A stretch of 64,000 nucleotides of DNA from Infirmifilum sp. (GTDB taxonomy: Archaea; Thermoproteota; Thermoprotei; Thermofilales; Thermofilaceae): positions 1 to 64,000 of the forward strand of contig JBEULP010000003.1 in assembly GCA_041287245.1 (NCBI GenBank), in the 5' to 3' direction. Shown here in pieces: positions 29,625 to 40,084 of this stretch; positions within the stretch are counted from its first letter, which is position 1, and each line of letters starts with the position of its first letter. The notes beneath the pieces were generated by a model. That model searched no databases, was not told the DNA's origin, and saw nothing but the letters and a program-made list of their open reading frames with translations. A program made the translations under genes and the position numbers.

Positions 29625-30419
29625 TTAATTGAGAAAGCGCTCGAGGTTTGCTTCGAGAAGTAGTGATTCTACAAACGAGATGTTTGCCCTCAACGAGCTA
29701 TAAGGGACTCTAAGTTTTTTTGCAAGGACGTAGAGATTTATGCTAACGCCTAAGTGTCGGAGCACTACGACTGTTACGGCGGCGGCTATATTTCGCCTGT
29801 TATGCCCGGCAGTATACTTCCTTATCCTATCAAGTATAAGTTTAACGTCTTTTTCTACAAGCTCATAAGGGGCGATTTGTCCGACGCGCTCGAGAATATC
29901 TTCAACCTCTCGATCCCAGCCGTCACGTAGAAGGCCGAGCTGTCTAGCCACAGGGATCATTCGGATGAGGTCTCCGAAATGGATTTTAAAACCTCGAGAC
30001 CGCATGATCCGCGTTATCTCTTTTAGGCTCACATACGGGTTTGTGCGCCTGATGTCCAAGTAAACGAGGAGTCCAAGCAGGGCAAGCTTTTTCTCAATAA
30101 GAATCCCACGTCGCGTTGAGAGGGTTACGACCCTCTCAAACTCTTCGACAATCCTTAACCGTCTCTCATAGCTTAGGCCTAAGTCTGCTGAAAGCTTTCC
30201 TAAAACTCTCCATGCATAGCTCGCCCGGAACTTCCCTGTAACCACATTGTCAAGCAGTTGAATGCGGCGGTCAGGCTTCTCATAACCCGCAACCTGCACC
30301 GCAGAGGGTGAGTATATTACACTATCGAAGACCTGCTCGACAACTTTCCCACAGTTGACACAAACGTAGTGGCCCCTTGGGTCTAGAACAACGAAACCAC
30401 CACACTCCTCGCAACGCAT
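29625..30419 (-). CDS. Divergent TFB-like protein (TFIIB Zn ribbon plus helical core)
   Basis: CEECG...GHYVCVNCGKVV; two helical repeats with GHNRRNIAAA motif and C-terminal HTH-like segment. Confidence 0.65.
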   Translation of the reverse strand: MRCEECGGFVVLDPRGHYVCVNCGKVVEQVFDSVIYSPSAVQVAGYEKPDRRIQLLDNVVTGKFRASYAWRVLGKLSADLGLSYERRLRIVEEFERVVTLSTRRGILIEKKLALLGLLVYLDIRRTNPYVSLKEITRIMRSRGFKIHFGDLIRMIPVARQLGLLRDGWDREVEDILERVGQIAPYELVEKDVKLILDRIRKYTAGHNRRNIAAAVTVVVLRHLGVSINLYVLAKKLRVPYSSLRANISFVESLLLEANLERFLN

Positions 30420-30507
30420 AAGCTTGTAGTCTAAACTGCCTGTTTTTTACACTTGAAGGCTGAACCGAGGGGAGGGGGTTAAAAACAAGTATAAAAACTT
30501 TGCTTTA

Positions 30508-30750
30508 TTAAACTTCGACGACAGGCATTGTAAGAGTGCGTTTAACTCCTGGAAGAAGCCTTATCCTGGTTAAAACTGTCTCCCGAACTTCGCGCTCGTC
30601 CTTGCCGGTTATCTTAACTATTATATCGTAGACACCATAAAGAAGATTTGCTTCAATAACACCAGGAACCTTTCGAAGCTCCTCTAACACAGCCCTTTCC
30701 TTCCCGATGTCACAGTTAATTAGAACGTAAGCCGTGGCTCCACTCATCAT
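30508..30750 (-). CDS. Stand-alone Lrp/AsnC ligand-binding (RAM) domain protein
   Basis: AYVLIN, LYGVYDIIVK, GVKRTLT. Confidence 0.88.
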   Translation of the reverse strand: MMSGATAYVLINCDIGKERAVLEELRKVPGVIEANLLYGVYDIIVKITGKDEREVRETVLTRIRLLPGVKRTLTMPVVEV

Positions 30751-30817
30751 TTTATATCCTATGACTTTTAATTTAAAACTTCCGATTCATAAAGCTCCTA
30801 CCGGACACCCACTTTTT

Positions 30818-30947
30818 TCCTGAAAGTGATCAGCGTTATTTTTAGCGTCACACCACCCAAGCCCCTGCCAGTCCTTGAGACTGCAACTGAAGGCAAGTTT
30901 ATGGATGTTCTACGTTCCCATCTAACTAACGCTGATCACTTTCAGGA
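30818..30947. repeat. 130-nt element with perfect 21-bp terminal inverted repeats (MITE-like or structured ncRNA)
   Basis: TCCTGAAAGTGATCAGCGTTA (30818-30838) and TAACGCTGATCACTTTCAGGA (30927-30947). Confidence 0.85.
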
Positions 30948-31016
30948 CTTTCAGAATTTGGCTAGGGCACAGAATTAGAAAAAATTAAATATTGAAAAGA
31001 CTGCAAAAAGTGTAGG

Positions 31017-31111
31017 GCGGCCGTGGTCTAGTCTGGAAGGATGGCGGCCTTCCACGCCGCAGAGCCCTGTCGACGGCGCGGAGAACCCGGGTTCAAATCC
31101 CGGCGGCCGCA
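31017..31111 (+). tRNA. tRNA-Gly(TCC) with 21-nt intron at 45/46 (31063-31083)
   Basis: GCGGCCG/CGGCCGC-A; GCGGC-CT-TCC-AC-GCCGC; BHB CCGC/GCGG with two AGA bulges. Confidence 0.95.
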
Positions 31112-31139
31112 CTTTTCCAACGGTGGGTTTTTGGGGTAA

Positions 31140-31670
31140 TTAGAGAAGACCGTGTAGCTTGTAGATTTTGTGAACTCTTTCTTCGCCTTGTATCGAGTCT
31201 ATTACGTGTGCTGTCTCTGGGGGAACCAGGATCCGCCACTCCTGTCTACGTAAAGCCATGAGCTGTCTGATAGAGGTCCCGGAGTATTTTTCTCGGTCGA
31301 AGAAGGGGATTGGTTTTACCTGGTACCCTGCATCTTCAAGCAGAATCCTTGAGAGCTCATCGTTTGTATAGGCTATGTCGAAACGTGGCGAAAACGTTCT
31401 AATGTTGCACACCCATTTGGAGTGTTCGAATAGAGTGTCTGGGATCATAACTATTAAGACACGGTGAAGTAGCTCTTCTCGTTTCAGGCTTTCCCATATC
31501 ATGAGTGCACGCTCGCCGGAAGTGAAGGGGTTCTTAGGCTCGAAGCTTTGCTGTGCACTGCCAATCGCTACAACGACTTCATGCTCCCGGGAAAGTATCC
31601 ATTTTATCGCGTTTAGGTGTCCCAGATGAAACGGCTGAAAACGTCCAATATAAAATGCCCGCTCGTTCAC
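31140..31670 (-). CDS. nadM: Nicotinamide-nucleotide adenylyltransferase
   Basis: GRFQPFHLGH, GSAQ.S..NPFT.GER, SGTSIR. Confidence 0.93.
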   Translation of the reverse strand: MNERAFYIGRFQPFHLGHLNAIKWILSREHEVVVAIGSAQQSFEPKNPFTSGERALMIWESLKREELLHRVLIVMIPDTLFEHSKWVCNIRTFSPRFDIAYTNDELSRILLEDAGYQVKPIPFFDREKYSGTSIRQLMALRRQEWRILVPPETAHVIDSIQGEERVHKIYKLHGLL

Positions 31671-34600
31671 GCCTCACACCTTGTTTCCTCTATCCTTTGC
31701 AGCTCTATATAAAATTCCTTTAAAACGTCCCTGTAATCCCGCACCCCGCTTTCAACCTCATCCATCCTCTCAATGACGTTCTTCGTAGTATCTTCTGATA
31801 TGTAGTCCTTGAAGCATTCATCGAGAAACTGATAAACACGTTGGCCAAGCTTTGTCGGAACGAGCTTTCCACCCTTAACCTCGATGATGTAGTTACGCAT
31901 GAATAACTTCTTAATTATTTCTGCATAGGTAGAGGGTCTTCCTATATTCTTTTCCTTCATCAGGTTAATCACGTCCGCCTGAGAATATAGGGGTATCAAG
32001 GGCCTCCTCTTATAGTCGACATCCACAATTCTGTACCTACCAGGCACAAGCTTAAAGTTCTGAGACAAGGGTAGAACCTTTAGAAAGCCCTCCTCAACCA
32101 CCTCTGAAATATAATTGTACTCTTTCACGAAATAGTCCGACTTAACTTCAACTACACTCTCCTTTACACGTGCAGGCATCATCTGGCTCGCCATGAATCT
32201 AGCAAAGATAAGACGGTACAATGCGAAGTGTTGACGTGTAAGAGGCAAGGGAAGCTGAAGCAATCCTTGTTGTATCTGCGTTGATAGAGTTTCAGCATCA
32301 ATTGCCCTCGTTGGGCGTATACACTCGTGGGCACCTTCACTCCCCCACCTCCTGGCTACGAACATTTCTGGACCGAACTTTTCAGAGATGTAAGTCCTAG
32401 CGACGTTTAAACCGGCGTCGGATACCTTGGTACTGTCGGTTCTATGATAAGTTATGAGACCGCTCTCGAACAGTTGTTGAGCTATCCTCATGGTGGTGTC
32501 AGCACCCATGCCTAAGAGCCTGTTAGCGTCCTGCAGTAGAGTATCTGTTGTATAGGGCGGTGGTGGGTTAAGAGGCCTTTCCTCCGTTTTCTTTTCTTCA
32601 ATGACAACCTCACTACCTTGAAGAAGCTTGGCTACAGCGCTTGGACGCTTACCGTCTAATTGAACGTTCTCAACAATAAGGTATACATTGTTTTCAAGCG
32701 TGATCTTAAATATGGGCTTAACGCTCTCCATGGACTCCTTATATCTTTTAATAATCCAGCCTAGGACAGGGGTCTGAACCCGCCCAGCCGATAACCACGT
32801 CATATCAAAATACTTCTGTAACTTTTGGCTGAGCGCAAAACCTATCCACCGATCCTCTATCCTACGCACAAACTGTGACATAACGAGGTTTAAGTTGATG
32901 TCACGGGGGCTCTGAAGCGCCTCCTCAAACGCTTTACGCGTAACTTCATGGAACTCTATTCTCCTCAGAACCCTGGTAAATGGTTTAAGTGACATGTAAA
33001 TATCCCAGGAGATTTTCTCTCCCTCTGTGTCCGGGTCTGTAGCCAGAAGTACCTCGTCCACCTCATAGGCTAGCTCTTGAAGCATCTTTACTAGATCCAT
33101 CTTATCCAGAACCCTCTCGCTGCCACAGTAAGGGCAAAGCTTCAGCGTAGACCCTCTTCCCAGAACGTTGTGAGTAGCGCCGTCAGCCTTGAAATCTGTG
33201 AATTGGCGTCCACAGTCAAGACACCGTTTAAGCGAGGTAAAAACAGGTACAAACTCGTTACCCTCAGAATTAACGAGTACGCCATACTTGTTTACAGTGA
33301 AGTTTCTCAGGAAAAACTCCGTAGAAGTTATCAAGTCATAGACATGTCCCTGCGAAGCAACTATCTGGAGAATTCTACCTCCGGTTGAGGTCTCATATAC
33401 TATGATATTACCGAGTCGGCGTTTATTGGGTTTCCCAAAAAAGGAAGCTATTGTTCTAGCCTTCGTAGGTGACTCGACGATAACAAGCGTGGACTTCACA
33501 AGGTCTTTGGAGAGCCTACTTGAAAGCTTTCCCTGTAAAATAGATTCTATGAGTTCTCTTTCACGGGTAATTTCCGCCATTACTTTTTCAAGGTCGATTT
33601 CTTCTAACCTATTCCAGCGCGAATCCCCCGTGTAAAACCTCATCGACCTCATAAACTTCTCAAGCAGCACTGAGTCATTTTCAATCACAAGCGAAAGTCC
33701 CTTTGATATGCCTCCAGCGTAGAGCCTAGAGGTCCTCCCCGAAGCCTGTATGTATGTTAAGACGTCTGGTAACAGGACGTAGTAGTCTGAGCCTTCCATA
33801 ATGATTTTTACAGCAGTTTCCTTTGAAAGTCGCTCTAAGAACGCTGGATCGGAGAGATATCGTAACACAATATCTCGCAGCCTTATGAGGCTTCGCACCA
33901 GAACAGTGTAACGCCTATCAGTGCTTTCCTGAGCATACAACTCTTGGAGAACCCTATACTGTGTCGCGTCAAGCTGTAACATTCGACTCCTTATGTTAGC
34001 AATAAGTCTGTTGATCTCTACTGAGTCGCCTTTCTCGGCGAGCTGGGAAATGTTACTTGCAAGCTGTAAAAGCCTGGTTGGGGTAAGCTCCTCAGGCTTC
34101 AGTCTGAACTTGAACCTAGGTACGCCGACAAAAACGGCATACTTGACGATATGCGGTAAATCCAGCCCCCGCACCAGTAGCCCATAATAGCTTGCAATGC
34201 TTATAAGGACGTCAAGCTCACGACGACCATATCGCTCAAGAACCCCCCTCCTAGCCTTACCATAAATATATTCAGCCCTCAACCCCCTCTCGGAAAGCTC
34301 TGAGGCAAAAGCTGCAAGCTGCTCCTCAGGTGTACCCGTTGGAAAGAAAACAAGCCCTCCGCTTCCAAGCTTTGAAACAAGCTCAACAGCTTTAGCGGTA
34401 GTTTCTTGGTCACTAACAAGAGCATAGACATCTACAACATTTCTCAGCTGTTCACTTCTAGAGCCAATTTCAAACCCCAAGAGCTCACGGAAAAGCTTGA
34501 CCCTATGGCCCCTGGCCCTCCCTGTAGCGGTAGACACCACCAGAACTCCTCTTTTATGTCCATCCGCGAGTATAGAGTTAAGCTTTGATTGAAGTCTTTC

Positions 34601-35446
34601 TAGCTCAGATGAGGCGTCTTCATCCCTATTCTTATACCGGCTTGAAAAAAACAACCTTGTCTTAAGAGTAATGATCTCAAGGGCCGTTGAGATCTCCTCT
34701 TGAGAAAAGCCGAGCAGCATTAGAATCCTATCTATATTCTTCGACGATTTCAAGACAGAGTCGACGTCGTCTACAAAAATAAAGTCAAACTTCACACTTG
34801 CGATATCTTCAAAATGCCTAGCTAAGAACTGAGCAGTAGTAAGCAACATGGAGAACTCTCCCTTCGAAATCTTCTTTATAGCTTCTTCCTTTTCCTTCAC
34901 GGAAAGGCCTGTGTGATAAGCTACAATCTTTTCAGCGTCAAACCCAACCCTTTCAGAAAAAAGGAGGGTCTTTTCGTATACTTGACCTAGAAGAGTTGTC
35001 GTTGGCAATACAAGGTATACCCTGCCACCCCTAGACGCTAGATACAACCCCAAGGTTATACCAAAGACTGTCTTACCCACACCGGTGGGAGCAAGAACTG
35101 CAAAGCTAGAGCCTTTAAACACTCTCCTAGCCCAGGTTACCTGTGCCGACCACGGCTTACTGCCAACAGCCTTCTCAAAGAATTCCACGAACCGTGAAAG
35201 CTCCTCTTCAAGCTTACTGATCTCTCCAATTCTCCCGAGCTTTTTGCTTTTCTCCAAAAGCGACGCTACCTCCCTTAAGAAAGAGGCATACTCCAGCGTT
35301 GTTAGATCGCCCCGAGCCCCTAACCCACGAGGCAACGGGAGACACACGTGGCATGGAAGCCTTAAATCCAGCCTACTATCCGTTACAGAACCACTACAAT
35401 TCGGGCATAACTCGCGGAATATGGCACGTATACTACTCTCCCCCAC
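31667..35446 (-). CDS. rgy: Reverse gyrase
   Basis: N-terminal Zn finger, APTGVGKT, DDVD, QASGRTSR, IVESPTKA, ATDPDTEGE, SAGRVQ, ITYHRTDS. Confidence 0.98.
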   Translation of the reverse strand: MGESSIRAIFRELCPNCSGSVTDSRLDLRLPCHVCLPLPRGLGARGDLTTLEYASFLREVASLLEKSKKLGRIGEISKLEEELSRFVEFFEKAVGSKPWSAQVTWARRVFKGSSFAVLAPTGVGKTVFGITLGLYLASRGGRVYLVLPTTTLLGQVYEKTLLFSERVGFDAEKIVAYHTGLSVKEKEEAIKKISKGEFSMLLTTAQFLARHFEDIASVKFDFIFVDDVDSVLKSSKNIDRILMLLGFSQEEISTALEIITLKTRLFFSSRYKNRDEDASSELERLQSKLNSILADGHKRGVLVVSTATGRARGHRVKLFRELLGFEIGSRSEQLRNVVDVYALVSDQETTAKAVELVSKLGSGGLVFFPTGTPEEQLAAFASELSERGLRAEYIYGKARRGVLERYGRRELDVLISIASYYGLLVRGLDLPHIVKYAVFVGVPRFKFRLKPEELTPTRLLQLASNISQLAEKGDSVEINRLIANIRSRMLQLDATQYRVLQELYAQESTDRRYTVLVRSLIRLRDIVLRYLSDPAFLERLSKETAVKIIMEGSDYYVLLPDVLTYIQASGRTSRLYAGGISKGLSLVIENDSVLLEKFMRSMRFYTGDSRWNRLEEIDLEKVMAEITRERELIESILQGKLSSRLSKDLVKSTLVIVESPTKARTIASFFGKPNKRRLGNIIVYETSTGGRILQIVASQGHVYDLITSTEFFLRNFTVNKYGVLVNSEGNEFVPVFTSLKRCLDCGRQFTDFKADGATHNVLGRGSTLKLCPYCGSERVLDKMDLVKMLQELAYEVDEVLLATDPDTEGEKISWDIYMSLKPFTRVLRRIEFHEVTRKAFEEALQSPRDINLNLVMSQFVRRIEDRWIGFALSQKLQKYFDMTWLSAGRVQTPVLGWIIKRYKESMESVKPIFKITLENNVYLIVENVQLDGKRPSAVAKLLQGSEVVIEEKKTEERPLNPPPPYTTDTLLQDANRLLGMGADTTMRIAQQLFESGLITYHRTDSTKVSDAGLNVARTYISEKFGPEMFVARRWGSEGAHECIRPTRAIDAETLSTQIQQGLLQLPLPLTRQHFALYRLIFARFMASQMMPARVKESVVEVKSDYFVKEYNYISEVVEEGFLKVLPLSQNFKLVPGRYRIVDVDYKRRPLIPLYSQADVINLMKEKNIGRPSTYAEIIKKLFMRNYIIEVKGGKLVPTKLGQRVYQFLDECFKDYISEDTTKNVIERMDEVESGVRDYRDVLKEFYIELQRIEETRCEA

Positions 35447-35520
35447 AGTGTTATCGCTAGAACACCTCCTTTCAACCCCTTAAAGCTTTCGAGTTTAGGT
35501 TAAAAAAGAGGGAAAAACAC

Positions 35521-36456
35521 TCATTGTTGAGAGGCCAGCTTCAAAAGCCTATTCCAGTTCTCCTCGATGTCTTTCTTTATCTCTTCAAGCAACCATCTGT
35601 TTTTCGGTTCTAGAAGAGAGTGGAACCTGCCCTGAAGCTTGAAGTAGTCTTCTACAGGCTTAGGCTCCTTCACTGGAACTGTTATCCTTATCTTACCATT
35701 CTCATACTCGTAGAGAGGCCATATCCTAGTCTGCACGGCTAGCCGGGCAACCTCAATACTCCTTGAGGGGTCAAAGTACCAGCCAGTTGGGCAGGGCGTG
35801 AAATAGTGTAGTACAACAGGACCCTTTACGGTGGCTGCCTTTACAAGCTTGTTATACATGTCGACCGGGAAGGCGGGGTTCATCGTAGCCGCATAGGGGA
35901 TTCCGTGGGCAATAGCTATCTCAATAAGATTTTTCTTCCTCTCAAGCTTCCCGGGGATAACCTTCCCAGCCGGGCTAGTAGTCGTCGAGGCTCCTCTAGG
36001 TGTCGCACCACTGCGCTGAATCCCCGTGTTCATGTAAGCCTCGTTATCATAGCATATGTAGATAAGGTCGTGGCCTCTTTCAAGCGCACCGCTCAGAGCC
36101 TGGAATCCTATATCAAAGGTTCCACCGTCACCGCCAAAGACTACAACCTTTGGCTTGCGCTTTCCATACTTCTTCTCAAGAACCTTGAACGCTGACTCTA
36201 TTCCGCTGGCAACAGCAGCTGCGTTTTCAAAGGCAATATGAATCCACGGCACGCCCCAGCTTGTATACGGAAAGATCGTCGTGGCGACTTCAAGACAACC
36301 TGTAGCGTTGACAACCACCTTAGGATCTGGTACGGCTTTCAAAGCCAGCCGTACAACCTGCGGAATACCACATCCTGCGCAAAGCCTGTGTCCCGGCGCG
36401 AATTGTTCTGAACGCGGAATCTCCTTCAAAGTCTTAATAAATCTTGCTTCTCCCAT
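35521..36456 (-). CDS. porB: Pyruvate/2-oxoacid:ferredoxin oxidoreductase beta subunit
   Basis: GHRLCAGCG, ATGCLEV, GGDGG, YDNEAYMNTGIQRS. Confidence 0.93.
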   Translation of the reverse strand: MGEARFIKTLKEIPRSEQFAPGHRLCAGCGIPQVVRLALKAVPDPKVVVNATGCLEVATTIFPYTSWGVPWIHIAFENAAAVASGIESAFKVLEKKYGKRKPKVVVFGGDGGTFDIGFQALSGALERGHDLIYICYDNEAYMNTGIQRSGATPRGASTTTSPAGKVIPGKLERKKNLIEIAIAHGIPYAATMNPAFPVDMYNKLVKAATVKGPVVLHYFTPCPTGWYFDPSRSIEVARLAVQTRIWPLYEYENGKIRITVPVKEPKPVEDYFKLQGRFHSLLEPKNRWLLEEIKKDIEENWNRLLKLASQQ

Positions 36457-37643
36457 TACTCCTCACCTCTTACACCTACCCATAGAGGCTCCTCAGGGGC
36501 CTCTCCCTTCTTCAAAACTTCTTCAGCCTTACTAACGATCTTCTCCACGTCAACAGGAGTGAAATCCCTGCCTCCAAGACCATAAATGACGTCGAATAAA
36601 AGTGGGTTCCTCTTCGCTTGCAGGAGGGTTGAGGCCACGTCCATGAAGAGCTGCGCTCCAGGGCTGCCGAAGCTTACACTACGATCCATCACAGCCACCA
36701 CTGAGGCGTCCTTCAGGGCCTCACGCAACTCCCTCTTCGGGAATGGTCTATACTGAGTCAGGCTCACAACACCAACCTTTTTACCCTTCTCTGCAAACCT
36801 CCTCGAAACATAACGCACAGTCCCCGCCGAGCTGCCGAGAACCATTAACACTACCTCAGCCCCCTCCACGTTGAATGTTTTAACAGGAGAGTAGCTACGA
36901 CCGGATAGCTCGCCATATTCCTCGAATACCTCTTTTATCACTGGACGCGTAGCCTCGAGCGAAACATATTGTAGTCGTTTATGCTCCATATACCAATCGA
37001 ATAGGTCGAGAGGACCGTACGTCATCGGCTTCTCAGGGTCTATTGGATTAACAGGTTGTTTCTTAGGCAGGAAACGCTTAACCTCTTCATCTTCTAGAAC
37101 ATGGAGCCCTTCGAGAGCATGGGTCAGTATGAACCCATCGAGATTTACAATACTAGGAAACAAGACCCTGTGGTCCTCAGAGATTCTGAAAGCCATCAAG
37201 GTCAAATCATAGGCTTCCTGAACATTCTCAGCGAAGAACTGTAGCCACCCCGTATCGCGTGCAGCATAAGCGTCATCGTGTGAACAGTGAATATTTATGT
37301 TAGGCGACAGAGCCCTGTTCCCCATAGCCATCACTATAGTGGTACGTAGTCCGGCGGCTATCCACAAGATTTCCCACATCAAAGCTAAACCCTGACTGCT
37401 CGTTGCCGTAAAGACCCTGGCGCCAGAGAGAGACGCTCCAATAGCTGCTGAAAGAGCACTGTGCTCGCTCTCAACAGGTATAAAAGCAGCGTCTAACTCG
37501 CCGTTGTTAACGTACTCAGCCAGAGTTTCAACAATTATAGTCTGGGGCGTTATAGGATACGCGGATATTACGTCTACTTCCGCCTGTTTAGCCGCAAAGG
37601 CGACCGCTCTATCTCCATTCATTCCAACAAGCTTACCCTTCAT
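36456..37643 (-). CDS. porA: Pyruvate/2-oxoacid:ferredoxin oxidoreductase alpha subunit
   Basis: YPITPQT, VESEHSA, TATSSQGL, YGLGGRD. Confidence 0.93.
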   Translation of the reverse strand: MKGKLVGMNGDRAVAFAAKQAEVDVISAYPITPQTIIVETLAEYVNNGELDAAFIPVESEHSALSAAIGASLSGARVFTATSSQGLALMWEILWIAAGLRTTIVMAMGNRALSPNINIHCSHDDAYAARDTGWLQFFAENVQEAYDLTLMAFRISEDHRVLFPSIVNLDGFILTHALEGLHVLEDEEVKRFLPKKQPVNPIDPEKPMTYGPLDLFDWYMEHKRLQYVSLEATRPVIKEVFEEYGELSGRSYSPVKTFNVEGAEVVLMVLGSSAGTVRYVSRRFAEKGKKVGVVSLTQYRPFPKRELREALKDASVVAVMDRSVSFGSPGAQLFMDVASTLLQAKRNPLLFDVIYGLGGRDFTPVDVEKIVSKAEEVLKKGEAPEEPLWVGVRGEE

Positions 37644-37944
37644 TCCCTATCTCCCCCATCCTCATCTCTATCGCGTGGACAGGACAAACATTAGCACATA
37701 TCCCACAGCCCTTGCAGTAGTCATAATCAATCCTCACAGAGTCATCCTCGTTTCTTATGATAGCCGGCTCAGGACAGTGAACCCAGCATAGAAGACACCT
37801 GATGCACTTCTTGTTATCCAGCACAGGAGTAATTGCCCGCCAGTTTCCAGTCTTATTATAAAGACTCGTCTTAGGCTCTGGAATAACCCCACCGATAGGC
37901 AGGTCCTTCCAGCCCTTAATCTTTAAGACCAAACTCTCACTCAT
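37633..37944 (-). CDS. porD: Oxidoreductase delta subunit (2x[4Fe-4S])
   Basis: KTGNWR, CIRCLLCWVHCP, YCKGCGICANVCP. Confidence 0.93.
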   Translation of the reverse strand: MSESLVLKIKGWKDLPIGGVIPEPKTSLYNKTGNWRAITPVLDNKKCIRCLLCWVHCPEPAIIRNEDDSVRIDYDYCKGCGICANVCPVHAIEMRMGEIGNEG

Positions 37945-38512
37945 ACTTTCTCACCTGTTCGTAGGCCTTCCTCACAGCCAGGATATTACTCTCTGCGATT
38001 TTAGAGTCCTTGCCAAACCTCCCAGATACAACTTTAACCACCGTCTCTATACTCACTATACCGCTAGCCTTTACGAACGCCCCAAGCATAGGCGTGTTAT
38101 AGAAAGGTCGCCCAAACACCTCCATCGCAATGCTGTAGGCGTCTACAACCCATAGCGAGGCGTTAAGCTTCCTTGCCGCTTCTACGAGCACCATATTAGG
38201 CTCAGTCGCATTCACAACCAAAAGCCCCCCAGACTTCAAACCCTGCGTGATATATTGCGTCTCAGACTGAAGAGAGGGGTCGATGACTATAACCGCGTCG
38301 GGAGTATAAATACTGGAGTGGAGCTCGATTGGATGCGTACTTATACGTGTATATGCCCGCACCGGTGCCCCTCTCCTCTCAGGGCCGAACTCGGGAGCAT
38401 GGTACACGTACTTGCCTTCCTGAAGTGCAGCTAGTCCTAGGAGCTCGCTGGAAGTAACGACTCCTTGGCCTCCACGGCCATGCCAGCGTACCTCGTACAT
38501 CTCCTCTTTCAT
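37937..38512 (-). CDS. porG: Oxidoreductase gamma subunit
   Basis: HGRGGQG, FGPERRGAPV, NTPMLGA; start at MKEE. Confidence 0.92.
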   Translation of the reverse strand: MKEEMYEVRWHGRGGQGVVTSSELLGLAALQEGKYVYHAPEFGPERRGAPVRAYTRISTHPIELHSSIYTPDAVIVIDPSLQSETQYITQGLKSGGLLVVNATEPNMVLVEAARKLNASLWVVDAYSIAMEVFGRPFYNTPMLGAFVKASGIVSIETVVKVVSGRFGKDSKIAESNILAVRKAYEQVRKYE

Positions 38513-38604
38513 TTTCTTTTCGTTTTTATTAAGCAACCGCGGTAATAAGGTTTGCCACTTAGCGCAGTTTATTAATTTCATCCACCAATTCTAACCAGAA
38601 TCCT

Positions 38605-39663
38605 ATGAGTAGACTACTGGTCGTTTACTCCGACGATTTGAGAAGAATCTCATTTACCCCTTTTTCCCTCCGCGAAGCTTGGACCAAACGCATCCAATTA
38701 TTCTACGACGATTACTTGCCCTTACTAGAGAAAAAAGCCGAGGTCGTCAAGGTACCTCTAGAGCCCATAGCAGAGGAGGATCTTTTACTCGCGCACACCC
38801 CCGAGTACGTTGAGTTTGTTAAGAGAAAATCCCAAGAGGGTAAAGGACTCCTCGACTATGGCGACACTCCAGCATATCCTCATGTCTTCGAGGATGCTGT
38901 TAAAACAGTCTCAGCCACACTCACTCTAACGAAGAAACTCGCCCCTAAAGGCGGAGTTGCCTTCAACCCTAACGGCGGTTTCCACCATGCGAGGAGATCC
39001 GCTGCGGGGGGGTTCTGCGTATTTAACGATCTCGCGTTGGCAGCACTTTGGCTGAAGAAAAACGGAGTTAGGAAGATAGCGATAGTAGATATAGATGCTC
39101 ATCACGGTGACGGGACCCAGCAAATCTTATATCGAGAAGATATCCTGAAGATAAGCATTCACGGTTATGGCTATGGATTCTACCCTGGGACAGGATGGAT
39201 CGATGAGATTGGGGAGGGCCAAGGCTATTGCCGAAACGTGAACATTCCTCTGCCTCTAGGATCCGGCGACGATGTATTTACAGTTGCCCTGGAAGAAGTT
39301 ATCTCGCCGGTCTTGAAAAAGTATAACCCAGACTTCCTGATTATTCAGGGGGGCGTTGACGCGCACGCAGGCGACCCCATAGCCGAGCTCCGATTCAGTG
39401 AGGCCTCCTACCTTCGTTTCTCATTACTAATTCAACGTTTTGTAGCCCTGGGAAAACCAGTACTAGTCGCCGGGGGCGGGGGCTACCTGCCAGAAACAGT
39501 GGCTCGAATATGGGCCTTGATGCTTGCTGTGCTGATTGGTCTGGATGCGCGTGATTTCATCGCAGGTGAAGACGAGACGTCGAGCACTAGCTTAATAGTT
39601 AATACGGTGAAAGACAGGATCAACTGGCTAAAAAACACTATAGAAGAAAAGTGCGGCTTCTAG
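38605..39663 (+). CDS. Zn-dependent HDAC/AcuC family deacetylase
   Basis: GGFHHA, GFCVFND, DIDAHHGDGTQ, GVDAH, GGGGY. Confidence 0.93.
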   Translation: MSRLLVVYSDDLRRISFTPFSLREAWTKRIQLFYDDYLPLLEKKAEVVKVPLEPIAEEDLLLAHTPEYVEFVKRKSQEGKGLLDYGDTPAYPHVFEDAVKTVSATLTLTKKLAPKGGVAFNPNGGFHHARRSAAGGFCVFNDLALAALWLKKNGVRKIAIVDIDAHHGDGTQQILYREDILKISIHGYGYGFYPGTGWIDEIGEGQGYCRNVNIPLPLGSGDDVFTVALEEVISPVLKKYNPDFLIIQGGVDAHAGDPIAELRFSEASYLRFSLLIQRFVALGKPVLVAGGGGYLPETVARIWALMLAVLIGLDARDFIAGEDETSSTSLIVNTVKDRINWLKNTIEEKCGF

Positions 39664-39675
39664 CAAGTGCGCACG

Positions 39676-39930
39676 CTAGTAAATATCGATCTCTATGCCG
39701 AAAGCGCTGCCCTGCATGCTCACGATTACATCGACGTCCTTAGTCCCGGATACCTTCATTATTGAGTCGATAAGTCCTCCGATCTTGGAGAATAACTCTC
39801 CTGGGGTCTCACCAACACCATCTATTGCAAGTTTTATTCCTTTACCCTCAACCTGAACCTCGAACTGGGCATCCTTGAAAATGGTCTTTAATTTCTTCTC
39901 AACATCTGCTTTGGATATCACTTGCCTCAC
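39676..39930 (-). CDS. Hypothetical protein
   Basis: 84-aa ORF filling the gap, TTTTTAAG upstream. Confidence 0.6.
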   Translation of the reverse strand: MRQVISKADVEKKLKTIFKDAQFEVQVEGKGIKLAIDGVGETPGELFSKIGGLIDSIMKVSGTKDVDVIVSMQGSAFGIEIDIY

Positions 39931-40084
39931 TAAGAAAGGCGAACCCCCCTTTGCTTAAAAACATATCGCGACACAGGTGCAGAAGGATTTCTACATGCAA
40001 AATGACTTTTATGGGTTTATGACTACTATAACGTGAAAAATATAAATGTAAAAATGTAAAAAATAAATAAAATAGGGTGGTCTT

